Below are positions 51,979-64,000 of a stretch of DNA of 64,000 bases, piece after piece. The notes under the pieces are model-generated. The model saw only the letters and a list, made by a program, of their open reading frames with translations. It ran no database searches and was not told the DNA's origin. Positions within the stretch are counted from its first letter, which is position 1. Each line of letters opens with the position of its first letter. This DNA is from Octopus sinensis (lineage: Eukaryota), in NCBI RefSeq assembly GCF_006345805.1, contig NC_043013.1, positions 6,944,001 through 7,008,000 on the forward strand. Reading direction: 5' to 3'. The position numbers were made by a program, and so were the translations under genes.

Positions 51979-53526
51979 CGTATATACGACGGGCTTCTTT
52001 CAGTTTCTGTCTACCAAATCCACTCACAAGGCTTTGGTCGGCCCGAGGCTATAGTAAAAGACACTTGCCCAAGGTGCCACGCAGTAGGACTGAACCCGGA
52101 ACCATGTGGTTGGTAAGCAAGCTACTTACCACACAGCCACTGCTATGTTGTGAAATATTTATACAAATGAGTACGTGCTAATTTCAAATGCTACCAAGGT
52201 AGTCTTTATCTTTCATTTTTTTCGGGGTCGATAAAATATTTGTGAAATGCTGGCATCAAGGTAATCTAGTGACCCTTTCCCTCAAATTTCAGTCCGTGCC
52301 CTATATGAGAAACAAGATATATATTTACATAAATGCTACAGATGTTGTTACACATTCATATCTGTGTGTCCCCTAAATGTGCAGTTTCTGCATGTATGGG
52401 TCTGTGTCAGACAAGAGTAGTTTTTTTCTCCCCTCCCAGGCAACATCTTGGCATATTACTGGTATACATTTTATTGATTTGACAATCTCCAGAATTGAAA
52501 AATATGTTATATTTAAACATTTGGGCGCCAAACACTGAATATCACAACACCGTGTGTAATATTTGGTTATCTTAATTAGCTGTCTGCACTAATTACACAC
52601 ATATATGTACAGCTGTTAGCCAGTTGAGGGGCAAAAATCAGGTGTTATTTGTTATATAATAACAAATACACACAACAAGAAAAGCAGGTGCTTTGGGATT
52701 CGGTATGTTAGAAATAACAGCTAAATTTCTATCATGTCAGAATCTTTAAAACTTAGGGTGTGTGTACCAAAGTACACATAGAATCTGGCAGAGCCCCCTG
52801 GTTTATGTGTTAAATGATAATGATGATATTTATCTACATACACACAAGTTTCTTTTCACTCTTTAAAAATTATAAGTAGTAACTTTTGTCTGGCCGAGTG
52901 TTTGTGCCCTTGAGGGTCAGGGTGATCCTAGAAAAGTGGGTTTCTTTCATTGGCCCTTGCTGGTGGGTCTCGTATATCAGGACTGTTCATATATTTTGAA
53001 TACCATGTATACTTTTATGTCATTTCCCCTCCTCTCCCTACCTTACTCTCAACTTTTATGCAAGGTCCCACATAAATCGTAAACCGTCCTTGTAATGTGC
53101 CTCTCATCTGATCCCCCAGTAGCTAACAGCAACAACGATAATAATAATTATTGTTGTTGTTGTTGCTGCTGTTATTGTATTTCGACTTCGCCTTTTATCT
53201 TTTGTAGATCGATAAATTAAACACCAGTCAAACACTGGGGTCAATGTGATCAACTAGCTCCTTCCCCATCACCCCACAAACAAACAAAAAATTACTATAG
53301 GTCCTGTGACAATAGTAGAAAAGATTATTATTATTATTATTATTATTATGCGAGCTGGCAGAATCGTTAGTACGCCGGACAAGATGCTTAACGGCATTTC
53401 GCCCGTCTTCACGTTCCAAATTCAAATTCGGCTGAAGTCGACTTTGCCTTTCATCCTTTCGGGGTCGATAAATTAAGCACCCTTGGGACGTGGGTGATGT
53501 TACCGATTTATCTCTTCCCTGAAATT

Positions 53527-53614
<88 letters not shown>

Positions 53615-53674
53615 TTATATATTCTTTTAACCTTTAATACGTTTCAGCCCTAAAGCTGTGGCCACACTGGTGTA

Positions 53675-53740
<66 letters not shown>

Positions 53741-53746
<6 letters not shown>

Positions 53747-54196
53747 GAAATATTAAAATAACTAAGTCTCTCTAAAAGTGAACAGCGGCAGCGTTCCCGG
53801 AAAATAATAGTTATCGCCATACTAATATGGCATTCTTATAAAAATAAGAAAAAAGCTGTCCGCTTATTAGCTCCATGAGGCCATCGCCTTAAGTTAGCTA
53901 TTTGATACACAACTGTATCCATATAACCTTCGAACAAGGGAGGTTAGTCGCTCCACACTACTTGACCGGCAGCTACAGACGCGTTTCGGGGTATTGCCCC
54001 TTTTCAATGCAGCGTAGCCAGCCAGTAGGTGTCGCTTCCGACAATCTCTGTTCGATGGTTTTATTTACCTAGTTTCGGTGGAATACATCCACTTGTTTTC
54101 AATAATAGAAATATTAAAATAACTAAGTCTCTCTAATAAGCGGACAGCTTTTTTCTTATTTTTATAAGAATGCCATATTAGTATGGCGATAACTAT

Positions 54197-54202
<6 letters not shown>
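53741..54202 (-). mobile_element. Retrozyme/Penelope-terminus-like non-coding element carrying the hammerhead
   Basis: 35-bp direct repeat (53741-53775, 54102-54136) and 70-bp perfect inverted repeat (53801-53870 vs 54133-54202) around the hammerhead; flanked by (TA)n on both sides. Confidence 0.55.
53969..54018 (-). ncRNA. Minimal type I hammerhead ribozyme with U3-A8 core variant
   Basis: GCUGCA-UUGAAAA-GGGG-CAAUA-CCCC-GAAA-CGCG-UC-UGUAGC: 6-bp stem I, 4-bp stem II, palindromic stem III ACGCGU, GUC cleavage triplet. Confidence 0.7.
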
Positions 54203-54274
<72 letters not shown>

Positions 54275-54278
<4 letters not shown>

Positions 54279-55371
54279 ACGGAATCACCCGTCGTCGCCC
54301 GTCCCGAACGGCTCACACGAGTTCCGCCACGGAACCCAAAGAGGCGGAGAGAGGAGATACAGATAGATACTGCCACAACCTCAGCAGCACAGAGATACAG
54401 AGGCACAACCCGAGATACAACCCAAAGAGGCAAGGCAACAACTGGCAACACTGGCTTATATTCAAACAACAGTTTATACGACAATTACAATTGTTACAAC
54501 ATCAAGATACATCAAAGCATGCACGTGACTACTCAATACATAATACAACAGCATTTCAAGAGTACAACTCAAAGCATAATACAACATCATGTAACAATTC
54601 AAGAGTACACGTCCCAAGACAACAGTTCTTTAAAGTCTCTTCCTAAACATCACAATCAACAAGTCCTTTACTCTTCTTCTTCACAATGTCCTTTATCGAC
54701 CACATCGACAGAGTCCTTGACTGTTCTTTTCACTGTTCAATACACCGTGACACATATCAATGCACAAACACATACCTCAATTCCTAATTGAATCTGCCAG
54801 TGTCCCATTCCTCTCAATACTGCTAATTCCTCTGAATACTGCTAATTCCCTTCTGTGCCGCCAAGCTTTCTCGCATCCAACTTGCTCCTAAGAATTCCAA
54901 CGCTTGCTCCTTAAATCCAAGATCCGTCTGCGTTCCTCGACGACCGCTCAACGACTGCCCAGACCTCACTTCGTCTCTGTCCTTCTTCAACCCCCCTCAT
55001 CTCCCTCTGTACCGCTCACACCCTCTCTAACTGCCCTGGTCCCTATACTCTATCTATATCCTCAATCTGTCCCTTACTGCTTATCCTTTCTATTTGCCCT
55101 CTGCTCTTACTCTATCGCTATCGCCTACTGTCCCTTACCCTCTCCTGACAGCTCTACCATACTCTCTGCCTGTCCCTCTCTGCCCCCTCATCCTCTCTCA
55201 CGACATATTCAAGGGGTGTCCAGAGCGACCCCTAATTCACCCGCACAAGGTCACAGGTCATTCCAAAACCCATTAGTCCTCCATTAGACAAAAGACTGTC
55301 ACATTTTCACCAGACATGATGGTGCCATTATTCCTATGTGGGACAGAAACACTGCACTAGTTAAACCCCGT

Positions 55372-55375
<4 letters not shown>
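54275..55375 (-). mobile_element. Solo LTR (probably Gypsy)
   Basis: TGTTACGG...CCGTAACA termini, 1101 bp, ATAT on both sides inside (TA)n, no coding capacity. Orientation inferred. Confidence 0.75.
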
Positions 55376-55425
<50 letters not shown>

Positions 55426-56136
55426 ATATATATATATATACACACACACACATACACATACATATGCAAAAAAGCTAGTTCTAAAACCTCTCTAAGAGAT
55501 CAACGCAGTAGTTGTACTGACAAGTAATATTCGTAGCAACTTTAATGTGGCTGTCCGTTGGAGCGGACTCTAGGGCTATTTTTTAACCCCAAGAAGATAT
55601 CTCCTTTAGTTGGTTAACGATGCACAGCTGCATCCGATAAAATTGCGAGCAGGGTAGCGAACCCCCACCATCTCCCAACGACGGGACCAGTAGACCAGTC
55701 CTGGTTTCGGACTATTTCTGCCACTCCTCAGTATTCGTCAGTTCCACACAGTGGAATTGAACCCGGAATCATGAGGTTGGAAAGCAAACTGCAGTGTATA
55801 TATTTGTTTATCTTTTCCTTATTCATTTACGCATTTAGTTGAAAGAGCAGTGTCCATGATTCTTTTTAGGGTCTCCGATACTTGTAGGAAACAGGGGGTG
55901 AGGGTGATGGCTTTCAAGCAGGAGTCCTGGTCTGCGTACTTGTAACAGAGAGGAGTCCACTGATGTCACCTAAGGTGCAGGCGTCGAGTTAAGTCTTCAA
56001 CAAGTCCACGAATATACTTTTGGAGACATCGTGCTGAAAATAGAGAACTATCCAAGGGAAACAACTTTTGTCATAAACGTATTTATTAATTCCCTTCACA
56101 ACGTGTGCTTTTCTCTCTCTCTCTCTCTCTCTCTCG

Positions 56137-56224
<88 letters not shown>

Positions 56225-56559
56225 CTCTGTATTTGCTGGGATAATGTTTTCTTAAAAATCAAACGGGGTGCACTGTTAATGCCGTTCAGTCACGGACAAA
56301 ACGAGCTCCGTCATAGACCATGATAGGTATAACACTTATTGCTTCATATCCTGAGATTGAAATCTAATAGTTTATCCACAAGAAAAGTGAGTCGACTGGA
56401 AAAAGAATAGGAGTCCATTTAGCAGTAATAAAAAAAATTTGCATTTATTTCAATTACAATATAAAGTTGTAATTGAGAAAGTCATAATCTCCACAAGATC
56501 TCGTTTAACGCTAACACACACACACACACACACACACACATGATGATATACATACATAC

Positions 56560-56910
56560 ACATGCATGTATGTTCGTATGTATGTATGTATGTATATATT
56601 TATGTATGTATGTATGTATATATGTATGCTTGTATGTATGTATGTATGTATGTATATATTTATGTATGTATGTATGTATATATGTATGTTTGTATGTATG
56701 TATGTATGCATGTATGTATGTATGTATGTATGTTTGTATGTATGTATGTATGTATGTATGTATGTATGTATGTATGTATGTTTGTATGTATGTATGTATG
56801 TATGTATTTATGTATGTATGTATGTGTGTATGTATGTATGTATGTATATATGTATGTATGTATGTATGTATGTGTATGTATGTATTTATGTATGTATGTA
56901 TGTATGTATG

Positions 56911-56944
<34 letters not shown>

Positions 56945-56982
56945 TGCATGTATGTATGTATGTGTGTATGTATGTATGTATG

Positions 56983-57016
<34 letters not shown>

Positions 57017-57220
57017 TGTATTTATGTATGTATGTATGTATGTATGTATGTATGTATTTATGTATGTATGTATTTATGTATGTATGTATGTATGTATGTA
57101 TGTATGTATGCTTGTATGCATGTATGTATGTATGTATGTATGTATGTATGTATTTATGTATGTATGTATGTATGTATGTATGTATGTATGTATGTATGTA
57201 TGTATGTATGTATGTATGTG
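56560..57220. repeat. (TATG)n tetranucleotide array (representative of many microsatellites)
   Basis: ~660 bp. Other long tracts: (TA)n at 33940-34160, 51780-51975, 53660-53742; (GAA)n at 16318-16440, 32583-32730; (CT)n at 3455-3605, 56110-56220; (AGT/AAT)n at 40817-41222. Confidence 0.98.
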
Positions 57221-57864
57221 TGCAGATTTGTATGTTTTCTTTTATGTATATATTCTCATGCTTATAGTTGCATGTCTTGACATGCTCGTATATATTTAAA
57301 CGATAAACTTCTGGAAGGTTTTACAGATTTTATATTTCAAATACAAGGGGCATTTTCCTTGTTCCTGCCTCGAACTCACAGGAGTAAACAAAAGAAAGCA
57401 GAAATAAGGAATTTGAATACTACGCAAATATTCTTGTAAAAAAATTTTCTTTTAATTTTTCCAAAATTTAATTGTTTTCCACACTTTGAAAAAGTCTCAA
57501 TGACTGAAACCGGTACTAAAATGTATTTTATGATAAAATTATTTTAGCATTTTTTACCTTGAATTTTTTTTTCCTTGTACATATCAACTTGTGTGTTCCT
57601 TTTCAACCTTCTACATATTTATACTCTAGGTAGATGGCCTGAAATTTTGGGGGAGGTGGGGCAGTCGATTAGATCGACCTCAGTACGCATCTGGTACTTA
57701 ATTTATCGACCCCGAAAGGATGAAAGGCGAAATCGACCTCAGCGGAATTTGAATTCAGAACGTAAAGACAGATGTGTGTGTATGTATGTATGTATGTATG
57801 TATGTATGTATGTATGTATGTATGTATGTATGTATGTGTGTGTGTGTGTATGTATGTGTGTGTG

Positions 57865-57898
<34 letters not shown>

Positions 57899-58025
57899 TG
57901 TATGTGTGTATGTATGTATGTATGTATGTATGTATGTATGTATGTATGTATGTGTGTGTGTATGTATGTATGTATTATGTATGTATGTATGTATGTATGT
58001 ATGTATGTATGTATGTATGTATGTA

Positions 58026-58056
<31 letters not shown>

Positions 58057-58078
58057 ATGTATGTATGTATGTATGTAT

Positions 58079-59764
58079 GCATGCATGTATGTGAGTATGA
58101 AAAGGCATGGTTCAGTAGTAAGCGTATTCGGCTCACGAACATAAGGTCATGGTTTCGATTCCCTACGGCGCGTTATGTCCTGTGTATAACTGTAAACTGC
58201 ATCTGGTGTGGTGGATCTGGTTCGGAAGTCCCAAAGCTTTGAAGACTGGATCTGCTCCCCAGCCACTATTGTTCCCCGTTTTATTCTGACCTGATGTAGT
58301 AGCTCCTGTCAGGTTCCTAGCTATGTGATGGCAACTAGCATATATGATGACAATCAATCTGAGTACGGAGGCACAAAAATACCCTTGGTTGGTGACAGAG
58401 CCCGCAGTAAAAACCACCGAGAGTGAGAGACCCCTAGCTATTGTCACAGCATCCTTCTAGGAGAAGATACTCTGATATAAAACCTGCGGTTTCACGCGGT
58501 TATTAGTCATCTCGCTTTGTTCTGTCCCTCGGTGCAAATCAAAGAGACTCGGCGAATGGTACAAGCGTTTATCATTATAATCCAATAACGTACAGATGTC
58601 TGTTCATGATGATTTTATTCGTTATTCCATCTACTGAAAAGTCTATGGCCATGATGAAAAGTGGAGATATGTGCAAACCCAACCAGTTGCAAGCACACAG
58701 TATGTTACAACTTTCGTCTGTCACCTATGCTTCAAGCCATGCTGATCTACAACGGGATTGGATAGTTATTTGAAAGGTCATGGATGGAAAGTCAGAAATT
58801 GTATTGATAACGATGAAGCACAAGGAGCTGGTAATCATCTGTGAAGATGGTGCAATCCCCATGTATGTATGTATGTATGTATGTATGTATGTAGTATGTA
58901 TGTATGTATGTATTATGTATGTATGTATGTATGTTGTGTGTGTATGTATGTATGTATGTATGTATGTATGTATGTATGTATGCATGCATGTATGTGAGTA
59001 TGAAAAGGCATGGTTCAGTAGTAAGCGTATTCGGCTCACGAACATAAGGTCATGGTTTCGATTCCCTACGGCGCGTTATGTCCTGTGTATAACTGTAAAC
59101 TGCATCTGGTGTGGTGGATCTGGTTCGGAAGTCCCAAAGCTTTGAAGACTGGATCTGCTCCCCAGCCACTATTGTTCCCCGTTTTATTCTGACCTGATGT
59201 AGTAGCTCCTGTCAGGTTCCTAGCTATGTGATGGCAACTAGCATATATGATGACAATCAATCTGAGTACGGAGGCACAAAAATACCCTTGGTTGGTGACA
59301 GAGCCCGCAGTAAAAACCACCGAGAGTGAGAGACCCCTAGCTATTGTCACAGCATCCTTCTAGGAGAAGATACTCTGATATAAAACCTGCGGTTTCACGC
59401 GGTTATTAGTCATCTCGCTTTGTTCTGTCCCTCGGTGCAAATCAAAGAGACTCGGCGAATGGTACAAGCGTTTATCATTATAATCCAATAACGTACAGAT
59501 GTCTGTTCATGATGATTTTATTCGTTATTCCATCTACTGAAAAGTCTATGGCCATGATGAAAAGTGGAGATATGTGCAAACCCAACCAGTTGCAAGCACA
59601 CAGTATGTTACAACTTTCGTCTGTCACCTATGCTTCAAGCCATGCTGATCTACAACGGGATTGGATAGTTATTTGAAAGGTCATGGATGGAAAGTCAGAA
59701 ATTGTATTGATAACGATGAAGCACAAGGAGCTGGTAATCATCTGTGAAGATGGTGCAATCCCCA
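58079..59764 (+). repeat. 903-bp-period near-identical tandem duplication bounded by (TATG)n tracts
   Basis: The non-microsatellite blocks 58079-58861 and 58982-59764 look identical by eye; ORF-track translations at 58163 and 59066 are identical. Confidence 0.95.
58560..58862 (+). mobile_element. 3' end of a different RTE-like LINE (duplicated at 59463-59765)
   Basis: FVCHLCFKPC*STTGLDSYLKGH resembles the C-terminal C2H2 finger of RTE ORFs, followed by an (ATGT)n tail. Confidence 0.5.
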
Positions 59765-59986
59765 TGTATGTATGTATGTATGTATGTATGTATGTAGTAT
59801 GTATGTATGTATGTATGTATGTATATGTATGTATGTGTGTGTATATATAAATATACACAATATATATATACATGTATATATATACATGTATATATACACA
59901 CACACACTCACGTACATGCATACATACATACATACATACATACATACATACATACATACATACATACATACATGCCTACACACATA

Positions 59987-62115
59987 CAGAGGATCGATGT
60001 CTCGCGTCTCAAACTCGAGGCTGGGAACCATTTTCGGCTTGAGCTCAGAAACCGATTCCTAGCGCTTGGCGACGAGTTGGTTCACCAACCGGAGCAGGAA
60101 TAGAGCGCACTCAAGACGGCGACGACTGAGGTGGCCGGGAAGCATCTTGGGTTCACCAGACGGCGCCATCGGGGCTGGATCTCCAGCGACACTCTTGAAC
60201 TCGCTGAGAGGGCGAGAGTGGCTCGACTGGAGGGTGCACCAAGTTTTCGAGATCTGCGACGACGCGCCTCGAGGGCCATCCGGGCCGATCGGAATGCACA
60301 CTGGCGTGCATTCGCAGAGCAGACGGAGGGGGCAGCAGCCTGTGGTGACTCGTGCAAACTCTACCAGCTGGTGAAACAGGCTAGCCGAGGCAATACGGGT
60401 ATCAGTGAGACGATCCATGATCGGACTGACGCGGTCATTACAAATCTTAGTGACCGGCTGGATCGATGGCGGGACCACTTCTCTGAGCTGCTCAACCATC
60501 CGCCACCATCTTCACAAGCCTTCGTGCAGCCAACTGAGGACGACTACGGTTGCAGCACTGCCCCTCCAACGGTTGAGGAGGTACGCGGTGTCCTGACCCG
60601 TCTCCGGAACAACAAAGCGTCAGGCGAAGATGGTATTCCAGCAGAGGTGTACAAAGCCGAGCCAGATGTCTTCGCATCCTGGCTCCATCGAGTCTTCCCT
60701 GAGGACTGGAGTGATGCAACCCACCTGCCGTTCTTCAAAAAAGGCGACAAAAAGCTGTGCTCAAACTATAGGGGCATCAGCCTTATCGATGTTGCTGCCA
60801 AATCCTTCGTAATTCTTCTGCTGAAGAGGTTCCAGACCGTCCGTGATGTGTGTACCCGCCCTTCTCAGGGTGGCTTCTGTCCGGGAAGAGGGTGAGTCGA
60901 TCAAACCTTCAACCTCCGGCGTGTTCTGGAACAAAGGTGGGCGTACTAGTAGCCTACTGTTCTATGCTTCATCGACTTCGCTGCTGCCTTTGATTCTGTA
61001 GATCGGGAGGCCCTGTGGCGCATAATGCAGGCGGACGGTATCCCAGAGAAGCTGCTCCGCCTCATACAAGGCTACTACCGATCGAGTCGAGCACGCGTCA
61101 GGGTCTATGGTGAGCAGACGGCGTCGTTTGATGTTGGGACAGGTGTGCGGCAGGGGTGCGCGCTGTCGCCAACCCTCTTCAACTATGCCATTGACTACGT
61201 TCTCAACACCGCGCTCCGGAACTACCGGGGCATAGAGGTTGGGACAGGAGTCGCGGTGACGGACCTGGCCTACGCGGACGACATCGTACTGATGGGTGCA
61301 AGCAGGGAGGATGTTCAAGCGACTCTCGAAGGGGTTCAAACGGCAGCAGCCGAAGGTGATGAGGTCGTTGGTTCCGACTGACATCTGGCAGCCAATATCC
61401 CTCGCGGGGAGGACCTGGAGGATGTGGAGTCTTTCGTCTACTTGGGCTCAACGGTGATCCCAAACGGTCAGGGTGCAGCTGAGGTCGATCATTGCATCAA
61501 TGCTGCTCGATCTGCCTTTGGACGCCTAAAGCGGTGTCTGTGGGACCGAAGGGAGATCTCATCGGTGCCCAAAGGGCGAATATATCAGGCCGTCGTTCGT
61601 ACAGTACTTCTCTATGGCTGTAAAACGTGACCTATGCGGGTGGTCGATCAATGAAGGTTGGAAGTCTTCGACAATGACTGCCTCCGGTGCATTCTTCGCT
61701 GCCATCGGGTGGATCGAGTTCCCACCGCCAATCTCCGACTTCGCCTGTCTCTGCGGCCCCTTCCATCTGTCCTTCTGCGACGGCGCTTGCGGTGGTTTGG
61801 CCATGCATGTAGGCGCCCGGTGGGTGAACTGAGCCGTGATGTCCTTCTCCCAACTCCACTTCCCAACTGGCGGAAACGCGCGGGCGGAAACGCGCGGGCG
61901 GGCAGCTGAAGACCTGGGCTACGACGATCAAGGAGGACCTCTCCGTGCTCACGGATCCGCAGATGGTCGGCCTACGCCGATGGAACCGTGACTGGCTAGC
62001 TATCTCCAGTGAACTGGCGCAGGACTGTTGTGCGTGGGCTGCCATGGTTCGAGATGCCTCGAGGGTGGTAGAAGAAGCCGACTCAACCCGCCCAGGGTGA
62101 ATGTCACCACAAGTT
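59987..62115 (+). mobile_element. 5'-truncated RTE-clade LINE, GC-rich
   Basis: KASGEDGIPAEVYK, KKGDK...NYRGISL, FIDFAAAFDSVDR, GVRQGCALSP, YADDIV, RRRLRWFGH motifs; a few stops and frameshifts; inserted in (CATA)n. Confidence 0.95.
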
Positions 62116-63377
62116 CATACATACATACATACATACATACATACATACATACATACATACATAGCCTGGGATATGTAACACACTGCCTAAATACCAATCT
62201 TGAGAAATTAGGCTTCTCAAAACCAGAAAGGGGAAAACTAATTCGAAGACTACAGATCCAATCCATCAGTGGAACTGTAAAAATCTGTAAAACTTTCCAG
62301 AAGTTTATCATTTAAATATATATGAGCATGTCTAGATATGTAACTATATGCATGAAAATTCATACATAAAACATACAATACATACATACAAAAATTACCC
62401 TAATATTGATGTTGAAATTCCAATGACGGAACCTTGGATCTAGGTTAGAAACCGGTTCTTTCTCTGTTAATGACATACATATAAAACAGGCTTCTTTCAG
62501 TTCCCGTCCACCAAATCCACTCAAAAGGTCTTGGTCGACCAAGAGCCATAGTCGAAAATACTTACTAAAGTCGAAAATACTTTCTCTGAGTTTGCATATC
62601 GTTTCAACGATATGGGTTGCAGTTAGTCAATCAATAGAACTATCTTCTCATTACATGATAGGATAAGCAAGCATAAAGATATTTCGTAAGCATTCGTAAT
62701 ATTAACAGAATCCACAAGCAAATTCGTTGTAACAAAATACGTGTGCAGTCTTTCGGAGAAGGAAGTGAGGAAATGACAGAGTTTTCCTTTCCTTGCTTTT
62801 AGACACAAGGCCTATTGTTCCTAGACTGTACATGGGATGTCGTCATTTGGAAGTGTGTTAACCATTCGGCCTTTTATATAAGTGAGTGTGTGAATGAGTG
62901 AGTGAGTGAGTGACTAATGGATGACTGATTCTGCGTGTGTGTGTGTGTGTGTTTGTGTGTATGAGAGAGAGTTAGAGAGAGAGAGAGAGAGAGAGAAGTC
63001 AGTATAGTCAGACAGAACTTTTTTCCATGAAAAAAAAAACACGTAACTGAATCAAATTAAGCTGAAGTTAATATAGTAAACGGTTTTATTATCCAAAATA
63101 ATATAAAAATATATAAATAATGGTTGCAAAACAGATAAATTCTTCAGTTTATATCTCATTTAAAAAATATATATATAATCTTTGTTTTTAAAAAAAAACT
63201 GCTTCTTTTATAGTTTCTTTATTTATTCGTTTGTCCTATTTTTGAAGACATATAAACACATCCTACTGTTTCATTTTAATTTCTACAGGAAACTGCCGTC
63301 GCGATGTCTTGGGCTAGTTTCTTGTTTTCTCTCTGCTGTTTACAAATGGGAATAAACATTCTATCGTTATTACTTCT

Positions 63378-63590
63378 CCAACCCTTTTGTTACCAACCCG
63401 GCTGAAACCGCCTCTGGCTCTGAGTACAAATGTCTTGTTTTCATAAGTTTTGAATTTAAATCTTCCACCAAACCTTAGTCACAATTCATGTTCCTAACAC
63501 TTGCTTATTGATAACTAAGTTATTTTACTAAAATTGTAATTGAAAGAAACACAGAGCATCTCAAAATAAATACAGTAACAAAAGGGTTAA
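63378..63590. mobile_element. MITE with AACCCTTTTGTTAC terminal inverted repeats
   Basis: AACCCTTTTGTTAC at ~63378 and GTAACAAAAGGGTT at ~63576-63589. Confidence 0.65.
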
Positions 63591-64000
63591 TCGAATGAAG
63601 AGTTCCTTTACATGTTATGGGTTGAAAGCGGATTGTTCGGGCGTGGCACATCCCTTTACGGGTTATTGAAAATGGCAGCTAAATGAAACAATGTGCTTCA
63701 ACCTTAAACCAAATATGTCTCGCATATTCGAAGTAAACCACCAAGTTAGGGACATTACATTGTGCATTCAAATCTTACTGAAGCCGAATTTGTTTTTCAT
63801 CTTTGCTAGGGTTAGTAAAATCAAGGATTCAAAGTTTGGCACAAGACTAGCACATTTAAAGAAAGGGGTAAATCAATAAAGTTGAGGATAAAAGGCAAAC
63901 TCGACTTCAGCAGAATTTGAACTCAAAAATGTAAAGAGTCGGAAAAAATTCCACTCAGAGCTAACGATTCTGTCAGTTCGATTGGTAAAAAAATAATGGC

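Noticed and set aside
56482-58144. Long YVCM/HTYI, poly-YI, poly-LS, poly-E/K ORFs here and elsewhere
   Set aside because: Translations of microsatellites.
62803-63400. Plus-strand exon candidates (62803-62881; acceptor at 63288 followed by MSWASFLFSLCC)
   Set aside because: The first donor is part of a (GAGT)n tract, the second runs into a MITE, and there is no homology.

Overview
AT-rich, microsatellite- and TE-dense animal DNA. The SINE and repeat families most resemble octopus/cephalopod repeats (from memory; organism not verifiable here). The one well-supported host gene is a minus-strand laccase-like multicopper oxidase (MCO). Its signal peptide, all copper-binding motifs and a charged stalk lie in one ~2.1-kb exon (3824-5918), spliced in phase 1 to a short exon (2059-2174) encoding a transmembrane helix and tail that the ORF track misses. 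A paralogous anchor exon, with a similar upstream intron, lies at 34684-34805 with no catalytic exon in the window, suggesting a tandem family of membrane-anchored MCOs. Three type-I hammerhead ribozyme folds occur on the minus strand: one canonical just downstream of the paralogous stop codon, one with a U3-A8 covariant core, and one with a stem II defect. The rest is decayed TEs (Penelope-like, R4/Dong, CR1-like, RTE, mariner, pogo/Tigger, hAT, Helitron-like, a solo LTR, several SINE families), two oppositely oriented 22-bp satellite arrays, a 903-bp near-identical tandem duplication and several long palindromes. TE boundaries are approximate and all alignments were done by eye.
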